From assembly GCF_037042905.1 (NCBI RefSeq), contig NC_087252.1:3536001-3600000 (forward strand): a stretch of DNA of 64,000 nucleotides, read 5' to 3'. This document shows, one piece after another, positions 1 to 11,716 of the stretch. Below the pieces are notes generated by a model, which saw only the letters and a program-made list of their open reading frames with translations, was not told where the DNA came from and searched no databases. The translations under genes were made by a program, and so were the position numbers. This DNA is from Lytechinus pictus. Its lineage: Eukaryota. The stretch's first letter is position 1, and each line of letters begins with the position of its first letter.

Positions 1-39
1 AGGATAATGTAGCACCCCCGGTCTAACATTTATTTTTGG

Positions 40-260
40 AACCCAGAACAAACATCAAATTAGCGCCCCAAGGTTGAACATGAATTGGCGCCCAAGGACA
101 AACATCAAATTGGCGCCCCTATGTCGAACATCAATTATGCGCCCCTAGTTAGAACACCAATTCCGCTCCGATATGTCGAACTTTAATTATCAACTGGGCG
201 CCCCCCCCTCCCCCCCCCCCCCCGTCGAACATAAATTCGGCGCCCCCTATATCGAACGTT
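40..260. repeat. Degenerate ~25-bp tandem repeat (GTCGAACATCAATTGGCGCCCC-like)
   Basis: Recurring aacat(c)aa(a)ttggcgcccc units; the array probably extends beyond the window start. Confidence 0.6.
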
Positions 261-558
261 TTACCCTAAAGCAAAATGTGTTTGCTCCCTAAAAGGTTCA
301 TATATGCACCGTATTTGGTGCAAGTGTACACCCTTGATGGTGAATGGGTGACGTCATCAGTCTGCTCATTTGCATACCGAACAGGATGTGCATATAATTT
401 TTTTTGGTGAAAGTAAGCGAGACTTTAAAATATTACATTCTAATTCTCCATCCGATTTGATGAAACTTTCAGTGTTATGCTTGTTGGATTTTTCTCATTT
501 TATTCAATTCAACTTTATATTGAGGAGGAATTGTCATTTAGGGTTTATCAATGTAAGT

Positions 559-3500
559 TCATTCATTTTTTTTCATTCATTTATTGATTCCACTTTTAAA
601 ACAAATAACATAATATACATAACAAATGTATTCGTAAACATAGTGTATCAAAGATCAAATTAAATATCTAACATAAGTACTTAAACATAAGGTACACTAC
701 AAAATGTAAAAAAAGTGAGGAGCCTAAATAAAAAGCAGAGCTTGTCGAAAATTAGGCTCCCATTGGGAGAAAATATAAGTTGTTACTTTGGGCGAACAAA
801 TGTGAAAAAGGAATACATATTTATTACATTGAATGTTTTACACAAAATATATCGAAAGGCATCAAGTAACCAGAAAATGATGAAGTAGAAAAAGAATAAC
901 AATAGTAAGATAAAATGAAATTGGAAAACGACCAAAAGATGGAGGGGGGAGTCAAGGGATAAATAATAGAGTATAATAAAGAAAGAATAGAAAAACATAA
1001 TTATAATTATAATAATTATTATTAATATTATTATTATTTGCAGTCATCAGTACGATCCAGCATTGTACCTCTCTAAGAGGTATAACTTAAGCTTGTGTTT
1101 GAAACAATTGAGAGAGGGGCTATCAACCAGTTCGTTATCTAGGCTGTTCCAGAATTTGGGTCCTGTTGTTGTAAAAGTGCTATTTGCAAAAACGGTTCGG
1201 GTTTGTGGGAGGTGGTAATGATTAGCTTGTCTAGTTGAATGGGAATGTAAAATGAAATTGCGTTGAAATAATGGCGCAAAGGCATCTGGTAAATTGTCAT
1301 TCTTAAGTTCGAACATAAATATACCAAGATTGTACAAATATAAATCAGATAGTTTCAAGATTTTGCAATTATAAAAAAGATTGTTTGTTTGAGCACGAAA
1401 TCCAGCGTTATTGATTATTCTTATGACACGCTTTTGGACAATGTTAATTTTTTCCAAGAGGGTTTTGGAGCTATTGCCCCATGTTAGAATACAGTAATTG
1501 ATGTAGGGCAAGATTAGAGCAGAATAAAGTATACGCAACACATGAAAGGGTACAAAGTGTTTCAGTTTGTTTATCACACCAGTGTTACGAGATAATAATT
1601 TAGATAAGGAATCAATCTGTACCCGCCATGTTAGCTTACTGTCGATATATATACCTAAAAATTTGGTAGAATCAACCTGGGAGATGTTTTTATTATTTAT
1701 AAGTATACGACCGGGTAAAGTGGACACCGAGTTGCTGAATAGCATAAAATTAGTTTTATCAACGTTAAGGGACAATTTATTGGCCTGTATCCAATCAAAA
1801 ACAGCTGTTAATTCAGTATTAATGATATTTAAAAGAGTATTTGGGTTATGATGGGAGCAAAAAATATTGGAGTCATCAGCAAAAAGAATAAAAGATAACA
1901 CTGAAGAGGAATTCTGTAAATCATTGATATATAAAATAAAGAGGAGCGGGCCTAATAATGAACCTTGTGGGACTCCACATCTAATGGTTTGAGGGGTTGA
2001 TTCAACACCATTAATATAAACATATTGTTGTCTATCATGAAGGTAGTCCCTGAACCACTCCAAGGCCTTTCCTCGAATTCCGTAGTGAGACAACTTGTAT
2101 AGCAAAATATCATGGTTAATGGTATCGAAGGCCTTGGAGAGGTCCAGAAAAATACCCGCAGTATGTAACTTGCTGTCAATAGCTCTGGCAATTTTATTGA
2201 TGAATAACAAGAGGGCATACTGTGTTGTTGAATGTTGTCTGCGGAAACCAAACTGAGAACCAGAAAGCACATTATTGTTATTTAAAAAATCAAAGAGGCG
2301 AGAGTAGACAATTTTTTCTAGTATCTTGGAAAAGCTGGTTAAAAGAGATATAGGGCGAAAATTTCCTAAGTCATGTTTATTGCCTTTCTTAAAGATAGGT
2401 ATGACCTTGGAGATCTTCATTTTCTTTGGGACCGAGCCAGTTGTTAAAGATAAATTAAATATATGTGTTAACGGACAGACTATTTGGCAAATGACTTTTT
2501 TTAATAAGGCATTTGTTACACCGTCATATCCAGGGCTTTTCTTAAGCTTCAGGTTGCTTACAATATCAATAACCTCAGTTTCTTGAACAGGAAGGAAAAA
2601 TAAACTATGAACAATTTTGTTACGTAGGAAAGAATGAAAGGGGGAATTGGTAGCAGGTATGTTTTCTGCAAGATTAGGTCCTATGTTAACAAAGAATGAA
2701 TTGAATGCGTTGGCAATGCTAGTCTGATCGTCAATGCATGCGCCTTCAAACTGGATGTCGTTAAATTCATGACTATCATTATTTGTTTTATTTAAAACCT
2801 TATTAATTATTTTCCACGTACCACCAATGTTAGATCTAAATAAAGAGAATTGATTCGAAAAGTATTGTTCTTTTGCCATACGTAGAGTAAAAGTTAACTT
2901 ATTCCTGTAAAGTTTGTATCTCATTTCGTTAGTTTCGCTAGGATTTGCTTTGTATTTGCAGAATAATCTGTTTTTCTTATTTATAGACCTAAGTAAACCT
3001 TTGGAAATCCAGGGTGATCTGGGTATCTTCTTATAGTTTCGACGAGCAGAGCATTGAAGGGGTATGGTGGTATCAAGTGATTCAAAGAATATATCAATAA
3101 ATTTATCAAAAGCTTGGTTGGAATCTTCGAGATTAAGTATCGGTTGCCAGCTAATAACTGAAAGACTTTCTTTAAATCTATTAATATTGTTCTCAGATAA
3201 AATCCTAAATTCGTTGTATTTATATTTTTTTGATAGAGAGGAATTTTTAATGTTTGATATGAAGGAAAATATTGGGAAATGATCAGATAGATCAGAGACA
3301 ATAATTCCAGAAAGGGAAGGAGAATGTATATTTGTAAAGATATTGTCTATTAGGGTTGACGAGTTATCAGTAACTCTAGTGGGCCTCGTGATGGCCGGAG
3401 CGAATGAATGTGTGAGTAAGATCTCGACAAAGTCTCTGCAATTTGAATTTTGGTGATATTGAAATAAGTTGATATTAAAGTCTCCCATGATAAAGCACGG

Positions 3501-4350
3501 TTTGTTACTGATGATAGGTGAGGACAATATAGACTGAAGTATAGATATAAACTGTGAGGAATCAGCATTTGGAGGTCTATAAATTTCACCTATGATAATG
3601 TTTTTATCACATTTCAATTCAACGAAAAGACATTCTATATCTTGAGTCATGTATGTTAATTCAGGTCTAGTATAAAAAACTAGCTTATCAGATAAATAAA
3701 ATGCGACTCCGCCTCCTGATTTGCCTTCCCTATTGTTGCAAATAAGCTTGAACCCTTCTATTGAATGTATTGATGTGGGCGAGTCAGTAAACCAGGTTTC
3801 ACAAAGTCCGATAATCGAAAGATTTACATCTAAATTATTGATGAATAATTGGAATGGGTCGAGGTTTTTGTTGAGGCTACGTGCATTGTGGTGTAGGAGA
3901 GAGAGTGTACTTGGGCACCTGGCAAATGTGTTCTCAGATAATTGGCTTGAAAGATAATAGTCAGAAGACAAGTTATTCACAAAAACATCATTTTCATCTG
4001 ATTCAAGTTGGAATTCAGGCATTTCGTTGTTAAGTTGATTAATACTGCTTACTGTACTATGATATGAGGGAGAAAGAATTTCAGGATCGTGGTTAGCCAA
4101 AGAAGCAACATTAGTATCAATGGGGCAATTGGTCATGAAAGGAACTGGTTGAGAGTTGGGATTGAAATAGGTGGAATCAACATCAATAGCTTGTACGAAA
4201 CGGGTTGGACCATGGAGCTAATGCAAATCATTGGAACATGTGTGTACAAAAGAGAGCATATGTAAATTTCTGAAAGAAAATAACTATGTAAATACCATGC
4301 TGGATCGCAACAAGGAATGCAAGGGGAATTGACAGTAAAAATAAAAAACA
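559..4350 (-). mobile_element. Non-LTR retrotransposon (LINE), CR1/L2 group (Crack/Daphne-like); no ORF1 visible
   Basis: Intact ORF2; ~490-bp 3' UTR with a stem-loop; AATAAA followed by an (ATGA)n-type tail at 559-590 on the minus strand. The 5' boundary is approximate. Confidence 0.85.
1047..4136 (-). CDS. LINE ORF2: APE endonuclease plus reverse transcriptase, 1029 aa, uninterrupted
   Basis: APE motifs HHNARSL, GLCETW, IYRPP, MGDFN, TLIDNIF, SDHFPI; RT motifs FRPISLL, QFGFR, FLDLSKAFD, GVPQGSLLGPLLF, LFADD, KFLG. Confidence 0.95.
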   Translation of the reverse strand: MTNCPIDTNVASLANHDPEILSPSYHSTVSSINQLNNEMPEFQLESDENDVFVNNLSSDYYLSSQLSENTFARCPSTLSLLHHNARSLNKNLDPFQLFINNLDVNLSIIGLCETWFTDSPTSIHSIEGFKLICNNREGKSGGGVAFYLSDKLVFYTRPELTYMTQDIECLFVELKCDKNIIIGEIYRPPNADSSQFISILQSILSSPIISNKPCFIMGDFNINLFQYHQNSNCRDFVEILLTHSFAPAITRPTRVTDNSSTLIDNIFTNIHSPSLSGIIVSDLSDHFPIFSFISNIKNSSLSKKYKYNEFRILSENNINRFKESLSVISWQPILNLEDSNQAFDKFIDIFFESLDTTIPLQCSARRNYKKIPRSPWISKGLLRSINKKNRLFCKYKANPSETNEMRYKLYRNKLTFTLRMAKEQYFSNQFSLFRSNIGGTWKIINKVLNKTNNDSHEFNDIQFEGACIDDQTSIANAFNSFFVNIGPNLAENIPATNSPFHSFLRNKIVHSLFFLPVQETEVIDIVSNLKLKKSPGYDGVTNALLKKVICQIVCPLTHIFNLSLTTGSVPKKMKISKVIPIFKKGNKHDLGNFRPISLLTSFSKILEKIVYSRLFDFLNNNNVLSGSQFGFRRQHSTTQYALLLFINKIARAIDSKLHTAGIFLDLSKAFDTINHDILLYKLSHYGIRGKALEWFRDYLHDRQQYVYINGVESTPQTIRCGVPQGSLLGPLLFILYINDLQNSSSVLSFILFADDSNIFCSHHNPNTLLNIINTELTAVFDWIQANKLSLNVDKTNFMLFSNSVSTLPGRILINNKNISQVDSTKFLGIYIDSKLTWRVQIDSLSKLLSRNTGVINKLKHFVPFHVLRILYSALILPYINYCILTWGNSSKTLLEKINIVQKRVIRIINNAGFRAQTNNLFYNCKILKLSDLYLYNLGIFMFELKNDNLPDAFAPLFQRNFILHSHSTRQANHYHLPQTRTVFANSTFTTTGPKFWNSLDNELVDSPSLNCFKHKLKLYLLERYNAGSY

Positions 4351-4695
4351 AATTCCATTCAGAAAGAAAATGTCATCTGGTTTTCCTTAATGACTTTATG
4401 TAAAACATTGAATATTTAGATGCGTTACAATGTATTATAGAACTAATACCAAATAAGATAACAGTATTGGTCATACGTTTTAAATGACAACTCACAGTTA
4501 CCACCTAAGTGAATTAAGGAGAAAAATATAACTCCAAAATATCAATATGTAGTTGATAAAAAAACTAGCCGTATATAAAGAAAGAAAAAAGTTGTAAGAC
4601 TATTGTTAGACCAAATATTGTGGATAAGATCTTAGATTAACAACAGGCCTACATGAAATCAATGGAATTTGGTGTTATATCAACTACAGTGTCTA

Positions 4696-4867
4696 CACTG
4701 TAAAAAAAACGATGCGCCAACCCATGCAGCACCTAAAGCGCCTGCACAGCGACCGCACCACGAGTGCCGATCCCTTAGTCTAAATTTGAACTAAAAAATC
4801 AGCACCCGTAGCGCAGCCACTATACAAGCACATCAAGCGCCAAATTAGCACATCATTCCTTACAGTG
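4696..4867. mobile_element. Small CMC-type MITE
   Basis: Termini CACTGTAA...TTACAGTG, flanked by TA on both sides. Confidence 0.6.
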
Positions 4868-5259
4868 TATATAAGGAGCCTGCAGTTGTCAATATTCTTG
4901 CCAGGATCAACCTTCTCGTCTCTATATGTTATTCTCCTGTCTATCTTGACTTCTTCATTTTGATTTCCTTCTCTACTTTCTCTTTTCTAAATATATCTGT
5001 TGATCCTCGAAAAGTGCAATGTAGTATGAAAGAGGTTTCGATATTTTTTTTCATTTATTATCAAAACGTCTGTAGTATATTTTATATGTGATATTTATTT
5101 TACTCCTTAAGACATTTTACCCCAAAATGTAATTAATGAAATGTATAATTGTGCTTTTAATTTTGCAATTCACATGTATTCCAGTTTGTTGAATGGAATA
5201 TGTGGAGAACTTCAATTTCAATATGTGAAGAATTTCAATTTAAATTAAAAGCTACTAGA

Positions 5260-5900
5260 TGTAGAACAGAATATTACAAACGGTCATTTGTTTACACGGG
5301 CATAGTTCAGTGGAATAATCTCACAGTTGAAATTCGACACTCTCCTAATCTCAATACTTTCAAAAATAATCTGTAAACATATTGACAAATCAACTCCGTA
5401 CTACTGCTAGTGCTTATATCCCCACTTTATTACATTTAACTATCAATGGGTAATACAATTTTCAGTCTTTTTATCTTGATTTCTTGATTGATGTTGATGG
5501 GGTATAGTAGATTGTATCAGATAATGTTGTTGTCTATATTGATATCCCACATATGTATTGTTTTTTTTATATTTTTATATTTGTATATATGGATGTATAA
5601 GTACTGTGTGCTAATGTTCACATATTTAGCTTATTTCTCTTAGCCAAATTCAATATTACATTTTCTATATTCTTTTGTATATTCCTTTCTGTTAAAGAAT
5701 CGGGTAGTATTTCCATGTATGTATTTATTGCTGTTTGTCATGCATTTTTAATTTATTCACCTTTTTGGTTTTGCTCGATTTCCTAAGGTTACTAAATGAT
5801 ATTCACATTTGTCTTTGTACTTTGTAACATATTGCTGTAAGCTATGTATACATTTTAAGTCTTGTTTTATCATCTTTGTCTGTTTGTTCTGGGCTGATAT
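5260..5900 (+). mobile_element. Decayed 3' end of a CR1/L2-group LINE
   Basis: Translates as YYKRSFVYTGIVQWNNLTVEIRHSPNLNTFKNNL*, matching the ORF2 C-terminal WNSL...SLNxFK motif; a T-rich UTR-like tract follows. Confidence 0.6.
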
Positions 5901-7269
5901 ACATTTCTGTAGTTATGTACATGCATATTTTACTTTTTTTAAAGCATGAGATGAAAGTGTGGCAGGTCAAACTTTTTTTTTAAGTAGACATTTTCATTAC
6001 ATTTCTGTCAGTCTGAAAGTCATTTCTCTTCAAATTCACAAAGAAAATGTGATATTTTCTTGAAATAAGAAAAATATTTTTTTTCTCCAGACACCCTACT
6101 TAGATCTAGTGGAATAGATCTGATTTATCTTAGACAAAAAGCTTTGAACAGTCTCTGTATTGTTTGTTCCGCTGAATTATGACAGTCTGCGTTGGCCTCT
6201 CTCACCAAGGCAATGTGATATGACAGTAAAATGTCAAAAAAAAATTCAATAAATCCCCAGAAACGACGGTTATTCCTGTCTACAGTGTTAAATCTGACTA
6301 TCGCTGCATTGCTTGCCAAGGAAATAGGCCTGGCTAAATTTAGAGTTAGGCCTAGGCCTAGTCCTAACGTTAGACCTCTCTCTACTCCTAATTTAGGTCC
6401 ATATCTGTTTCTTTGAAGAGTTTTTTATGTAAACTTTTTTTGGGACTCGTTTATGTTTCCAGGTCTAGGAATAGAAAACAGGCCTAAACCTAGACCAACA
6501 GCTCAGTCTTGACTAGACTAGGCCTGGCCTCGATTTATGTAAAAATTTAGATCTAGGCCTAACGTTAGTCTGTGCTATATATAAATCATTTTAGATTCTA
6601 TTTCTAGCCTAGCCGGTAGCCCTAATTGGCTGATCTAGTCTACTGTATGATCTAGAAGCACTGGTCGAGATCTAGACTAAATAACTAGACTAAAAGTTAG
6701 ACCCTATCTAGACCTAGAACTAGATCTATATCAATCTAGGTATGTATAGGTCTAGATCAGAAATGTGTAGACTCTCAACATGCTCAATGTAGATTCTAAA
6801 TAAATAAAAAATAAATGTAGGCTAGTCTACAGTAGATCTACCCATCTAACGTTAGTCCTTTAATTTGAAGTAGGCTAGAGTTCTAACGTTGGATTATTTA
6901 TATTACTAGATCTAAAGGATCTAGATCTAAAGCTAGGGACTGTAGCTCGAGATCTAGAGGTCTAGCACCTCCCTTAAAACTAGTACTAAGCCTACAGCTA
7001 CATTGTAGTTCTCTGTGTAGCCAAACAACGGTTAGCATTGTCTTAATCTTATTTTGGTGTGTGTAGTTACCATCATACAAACACATATTTTGATGAATGA
7101 GAAAATGTGCCTTGCAGATTATTTTACCTCAAGTCAAAACCTAGTGTTCTAAATTTCATGGGCATAGGCCTATGTCTTAAAATGAAGAAGTAGTTCATTC
7201 CATTAGATGTGTTTACACATTTCATATACATGTACATAGCACGTCACATTTAATCGGAAATCATGATGC

Positions 7270-7657
7270 CAGTGATAATAACATAAATACATTTTTGAAT
7301 ACACTATTTTCATATGATTTTTATCCATGTATAAATATACCTACTAGGATAACTCCAATGTCAGCGACAATAATTGATAACATATTTTCCAATTCTTCTA
7401 ATGATAATAATCATAGTGGTGTTTTTACTTATGATATTACGGATCACTTACCAATATTTTTTATTTCTCCACTTCTGATGCTTAATGATGATAAAAAGCC
7501 GAATAAAAGAAAATATAGAAAAGAAAATTTGAATACTATTTCGGCCTTAATTGAAGACTTAGTAAGAGAAGAATGGCATGAAATTATGGTTCAGCATGAT
7601 GTTAATAGAGCTTACAAATACTTTATTGACAAACTAACTCATTATTACAAGTTGTAA
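7270..7657 (+). pseudogene. LINE ORF2 fragment (C-terminal part of the APE endonuclease)
   Basis: PTRIT..SATIIDNIF...SGVFTYDITDHLPIF is homologous to the two larger LINE ORFs in this window. Confidence 0.8.
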
Positions 7658-7659
7658 AC

Positions 7660-8480
7660 TGATAAAGAAGTTCAAATCACTTGATTTTCATCTAACTTTG
7701 ATATTTGATTTGTTATCATGGCAACATGATTTTTTATAAAGTCATAAAATATAGTTTGCACATCGTCACATCAAGACTAATGTTTATGCCACATTTCATG
7801 AGAATTGGTCGAAACTGTGGAAATAGTTGGAATTGCAAGATTTTTACATTATTTTTGCCATAATATACCGTTACCATAGCAACACAATTTCCGACACATG
7901 CAAAAATGTGTCTTGCAAATTTTCATCTAAAGACTTATGTCTGTGCCGAATTTCATGAGAAATCGTTTGAAACTTATAAAGTAATTAAAACCACAAGTTT
8001 TTCACCTAATTTTCGATATTTGATATGTTGTTACCATGGCAACGCAATCACATACTTTAGGCATAGAATATGTTTTGCTCATCTTCACAATAAGACTAAT
8101 GTATGTGCCACATTTCATGAGAATTGGTTAAAAACTGAGGAAGTAGTTGGAACAGCATTAAAAATATTTTTACATAATTTCTGTAATAATATACCGTCAC
8201 CATGGCAACACAATTTCCGACACATGAAAAAATGTGTCTTGCACATCTTTACCTCAAAACCAATGTGTGAGCCAACTTTCATGAGAATTGGTAGAAAACT
8301 GCTGATGTATTTTAAAAAGAAAAATTTTGGCCATAATATACTGTTACCATGGCAACACAATTTCCCAAAAAAGGAAAAAAAAAACTTCGTACACCTCCTT
8401 ATCTTGAGACCAATGTTTGTTCCAAATTTCATGAAAATCGGTTAAAAACCGAGGAAGTAGCTGGTAATGCAATATAGGCA
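7660..8480. repeat. Degenerate tandem array with alternating GTTACCATGGCAAC and AAATTTCATGAGAATTGG motifs (probably a non-autonomous TE interior)
   Basis: Five or so recurrences of each motif at roughly 150-170-bp spacing. Confidence 0.65.
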
Positions 8481-8499
8481 TACATTCTAAAAAATTGTT

Positions 8500-8703
8500 G
8501 GCCATGATTTGTTGGATTTAAACCAGGCTTAAACTACCCCCAGCGCGAGTTTAACTTTTTGAGGATTTATTACCACACTTAGACCAGGGTTAACTTAAAC
8601 CTTGCTATCGGAATACGAAACTTAAACCTAGGTTGAAATATGGCAGTTTATTACCACACTTAGACCAGGGTTAACTTAAACCACGCTATCAGAATACGGG
8701 CCA
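8500..8703. mobile_element. Partial MITE with an internal ~80-bp duplication, Harbinger-like end
   Basis: Two copies of TATTACCACACTTAGACCAGGGTTAACTTAAACC..GCTATC.GAATACG, ending in GAATACGGGCC. Confidence 0.45.
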
Positions 8704-11650
8704 GTGAGTTTAACTTGATAGCCAGAAAATATCGTCATATGCCCCGGCCCAAGGCCTTCTCTCATTTTTTTAAACCTGTTTCTCGTATACTTTTGTTTGT
8801 GCATATGTGTGTGTTTTGTGATTTTTTTTGGTGGGGGAGGGGGGGTGGGGGGCATTGAGGAATTCTACATCACATCCTCTTCCAGGTCCGCCATCTGTAC
8901 GCCAGTGGGGAGTTCTAGCGAGCCAAAAGGAGATCGAGGAGGGGGGATGATTTTAAGCAATATCAAGGGATGATTTTTTTTCTGATCAACCACCAAAAAG
9001 TGATGTAAGATAAGAAAAAGAAAATATTTCATAACACTAAATAGAAAAGGTCCGCATTTAGCATATAGGCTAAGCTAGGATAAGATTTGTCGGATATAGC
9101 TATGTTATATATGATATGCTTTGTAGTACTTTTTACTTTGTTATACTAATAGATCTTATGTACAAATTGTGAAACGGAGCCCAATAGAAGAAATGAAATG
9201 AAATGACCCGTGAAAACAAATTATTTCTAATTCTATATTCATATTTTTGACATTCAAACTAGGACGCATCACACAGGTCAGTAAGTGATATCTGCCAGGC
9301 CCAATATCAGATCATGGAAATATCCACGCATTCACTTTCACTTTACCCTGTTTACAGAACGCTCCTACAATAGGGCATGGATGTCTCACATTACACTGGA
9401 ATATTACAATACGTGATCATGTCCAAGTTCTCCTTCATGTATATCAGGTGCTAAATGACATCACATTACGTATGTTAATACCATGACCCTGTTACTTTTG
9501 CAATAACCCACTGGCTAGTCTTCACGGGGTAGAGAAGCAAATGTGCACTTAAAGTTTGTAAAGTTAAAGAAAAATAAAGTGGTCAATATTACATCACATT
9601 GTGCAATTCTTTCCCATCACCGGTCCCTCTCCATTATACCAAATTCATTTTTATAAGCATAATTTTCAAAAGCATATCATTTTGTTGCTTGAAATTTAAT
9701 GTATTTTGTAATGTTTGTGGTATGGTACTGAGTAGTGACATTAGGGTGAATATTTCACTTTATGTGTAATGTGTAGAAGATGAATTTTAACGTGTTTTAC
9801 TAGTATATTTATTACTACTTTCAAGTCGCAGAAATCATTTTAATGAAGCATTGATGATGAATATGTTGGAATGATTTCATGACGACCCTTTAATCTCATG
9901 AGGGATTGTTAGTAGAAGATGACAATACTTTTTTTTAAATAGTCCGATTCATTTGATCATCGCAAAAATAAACCATAATGCTTATTTATATAAAATATGA
10001 TACTATAATGATAATTATTGTCTATGTAAGTAATAATATGTTTCTCATTGTTCACATGTAGATTGTTTTGTTCCTAGCTGTTACATGTTTCTATTTTATT
10101 TTCTATTATGTTTTGCACGGCATGAATGTAATCAAGATGGACAATAAATAAATACTTACACTTCTACTATGAAAGGGCTGTTTTTTCTAGAAATATCGAT
10201 GATGATTCAAGTGCATGATACCGATGGTTTTAAAAATAATAATGTCGAATATAATATTGTAATAAAGAATATCGAATTATTCGATTATTAAAATATTGGT
10301 TGTACGTATCGTAACAAAATCAAGGCTACGAATTCTTCGGACAAACGTGAATTCCTCGTAAGCCCTACAGGCCTATATGGCATGAAATAGCTGCAGACAT
10401 ACAGTAGCACGAGGCTCATTATTTATGAACCGAAACCAAGCATACATAAATTATGATAATAATATATACAACAGGCCAGCCCACCGTACTATGCAAGGAT
10501 GCAGACAAAACATGAAATTACATGATATTTACGGTGTTGGGCAGTTAACGCATGGGGGTATGGCAGGTCATAGAAATCTATTTTTAAAAAGTCGCGATTG
10601 ACATAAGCTAGAAAGGGCAAATATTGACGTATTTCATATTAAGATTTGAATTTTTGACTGAATTGGAACATGATATCTAGATAATAACGTCATGCCCCCC
10701 CCCCTTCTTCTCCCATTCCCGTTATTCATTTTTCTTCTGTATCTGATATTCATGTTGTTTTTGGTGATTTTTGGCATTTTAGTCATTCTACACCACACCC
10801 TCTTAAAGTACCCCGTCTGTACGCCAGTGGGAAGTTTCTAACGAACCAAAAGAAGAGAGAGAGGGGAGGGGAAATCATCTTAATTCTAATTAAGCCCTAT
10901 AAACATGATAAAAGATGAAGTTTTACTCATCAACCATCTTGAAAAAAGTGTGAGAGTAGCAAACATGAAATATTTCATAAATTCTGTACATAAAAGATCC
11001 GCCTTTAGCATAAAATGTACAAACAGTATTTGTAGAAGCTTGATCTGTGAAAACGGATTATTTATTATTTCATATTCATATTTTTGGCATTCATACTAGG
11101 GGATTTCATCCCAAGTTTAATGAACGATGTTTACCCGGTCTTATCAGAGAACTATCCATCCCTTTTCAAACTACAAGATGAATAGAGGCCTACACAATAT
11201 AGCAAGAATGCTTCATAATCATACTACAGGGAATGTACATGTATTGGGAAGTGTTCGTGGCCAAGTTCGCATTCATGTATATCCTGCTCTTAATTACATC
11301 TCAGTACGTATGATAATAAATACCATGACCCTGTTACCATGGCAACAACCCTCTGGCTAGTCTCCGATAAGATACCACTTTCACTTTTTGACTTTGCCAT
11401 TTTCAAAGGGAATCAAAAATGGGGTTTTCTGTTATTGTTATTTTCCTAATCGCACGAAGCATGAAAAATGGCAATGTATTCAACATAATATATGCTTTGA
11501 TGGTCATGTTAACAAAGATCCGAATCCAGGATCATGTTGGGAATGTCTGAAATAATTTATTTTCATATCGCCACACTATCTTTGTATTATTGATGTTGCT
11601 TTCTTGATAATACAAGATTTTGAAATGAAAATAATACTATCATTCATTAC

Positions 11651-11656
11651 ATAGAT

Positions 11657-11716
<60 letters not shown>
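11651..11716. repeat. (GATA)n microsatellite
   Basis: Read directly from the sequence. Confidence 0.95.

Noticed and set aside
7906..8445. 179-aa ORF with internal repeats
   Set aside because: It is a translation of a degenerate tandem array, with no protein motif.
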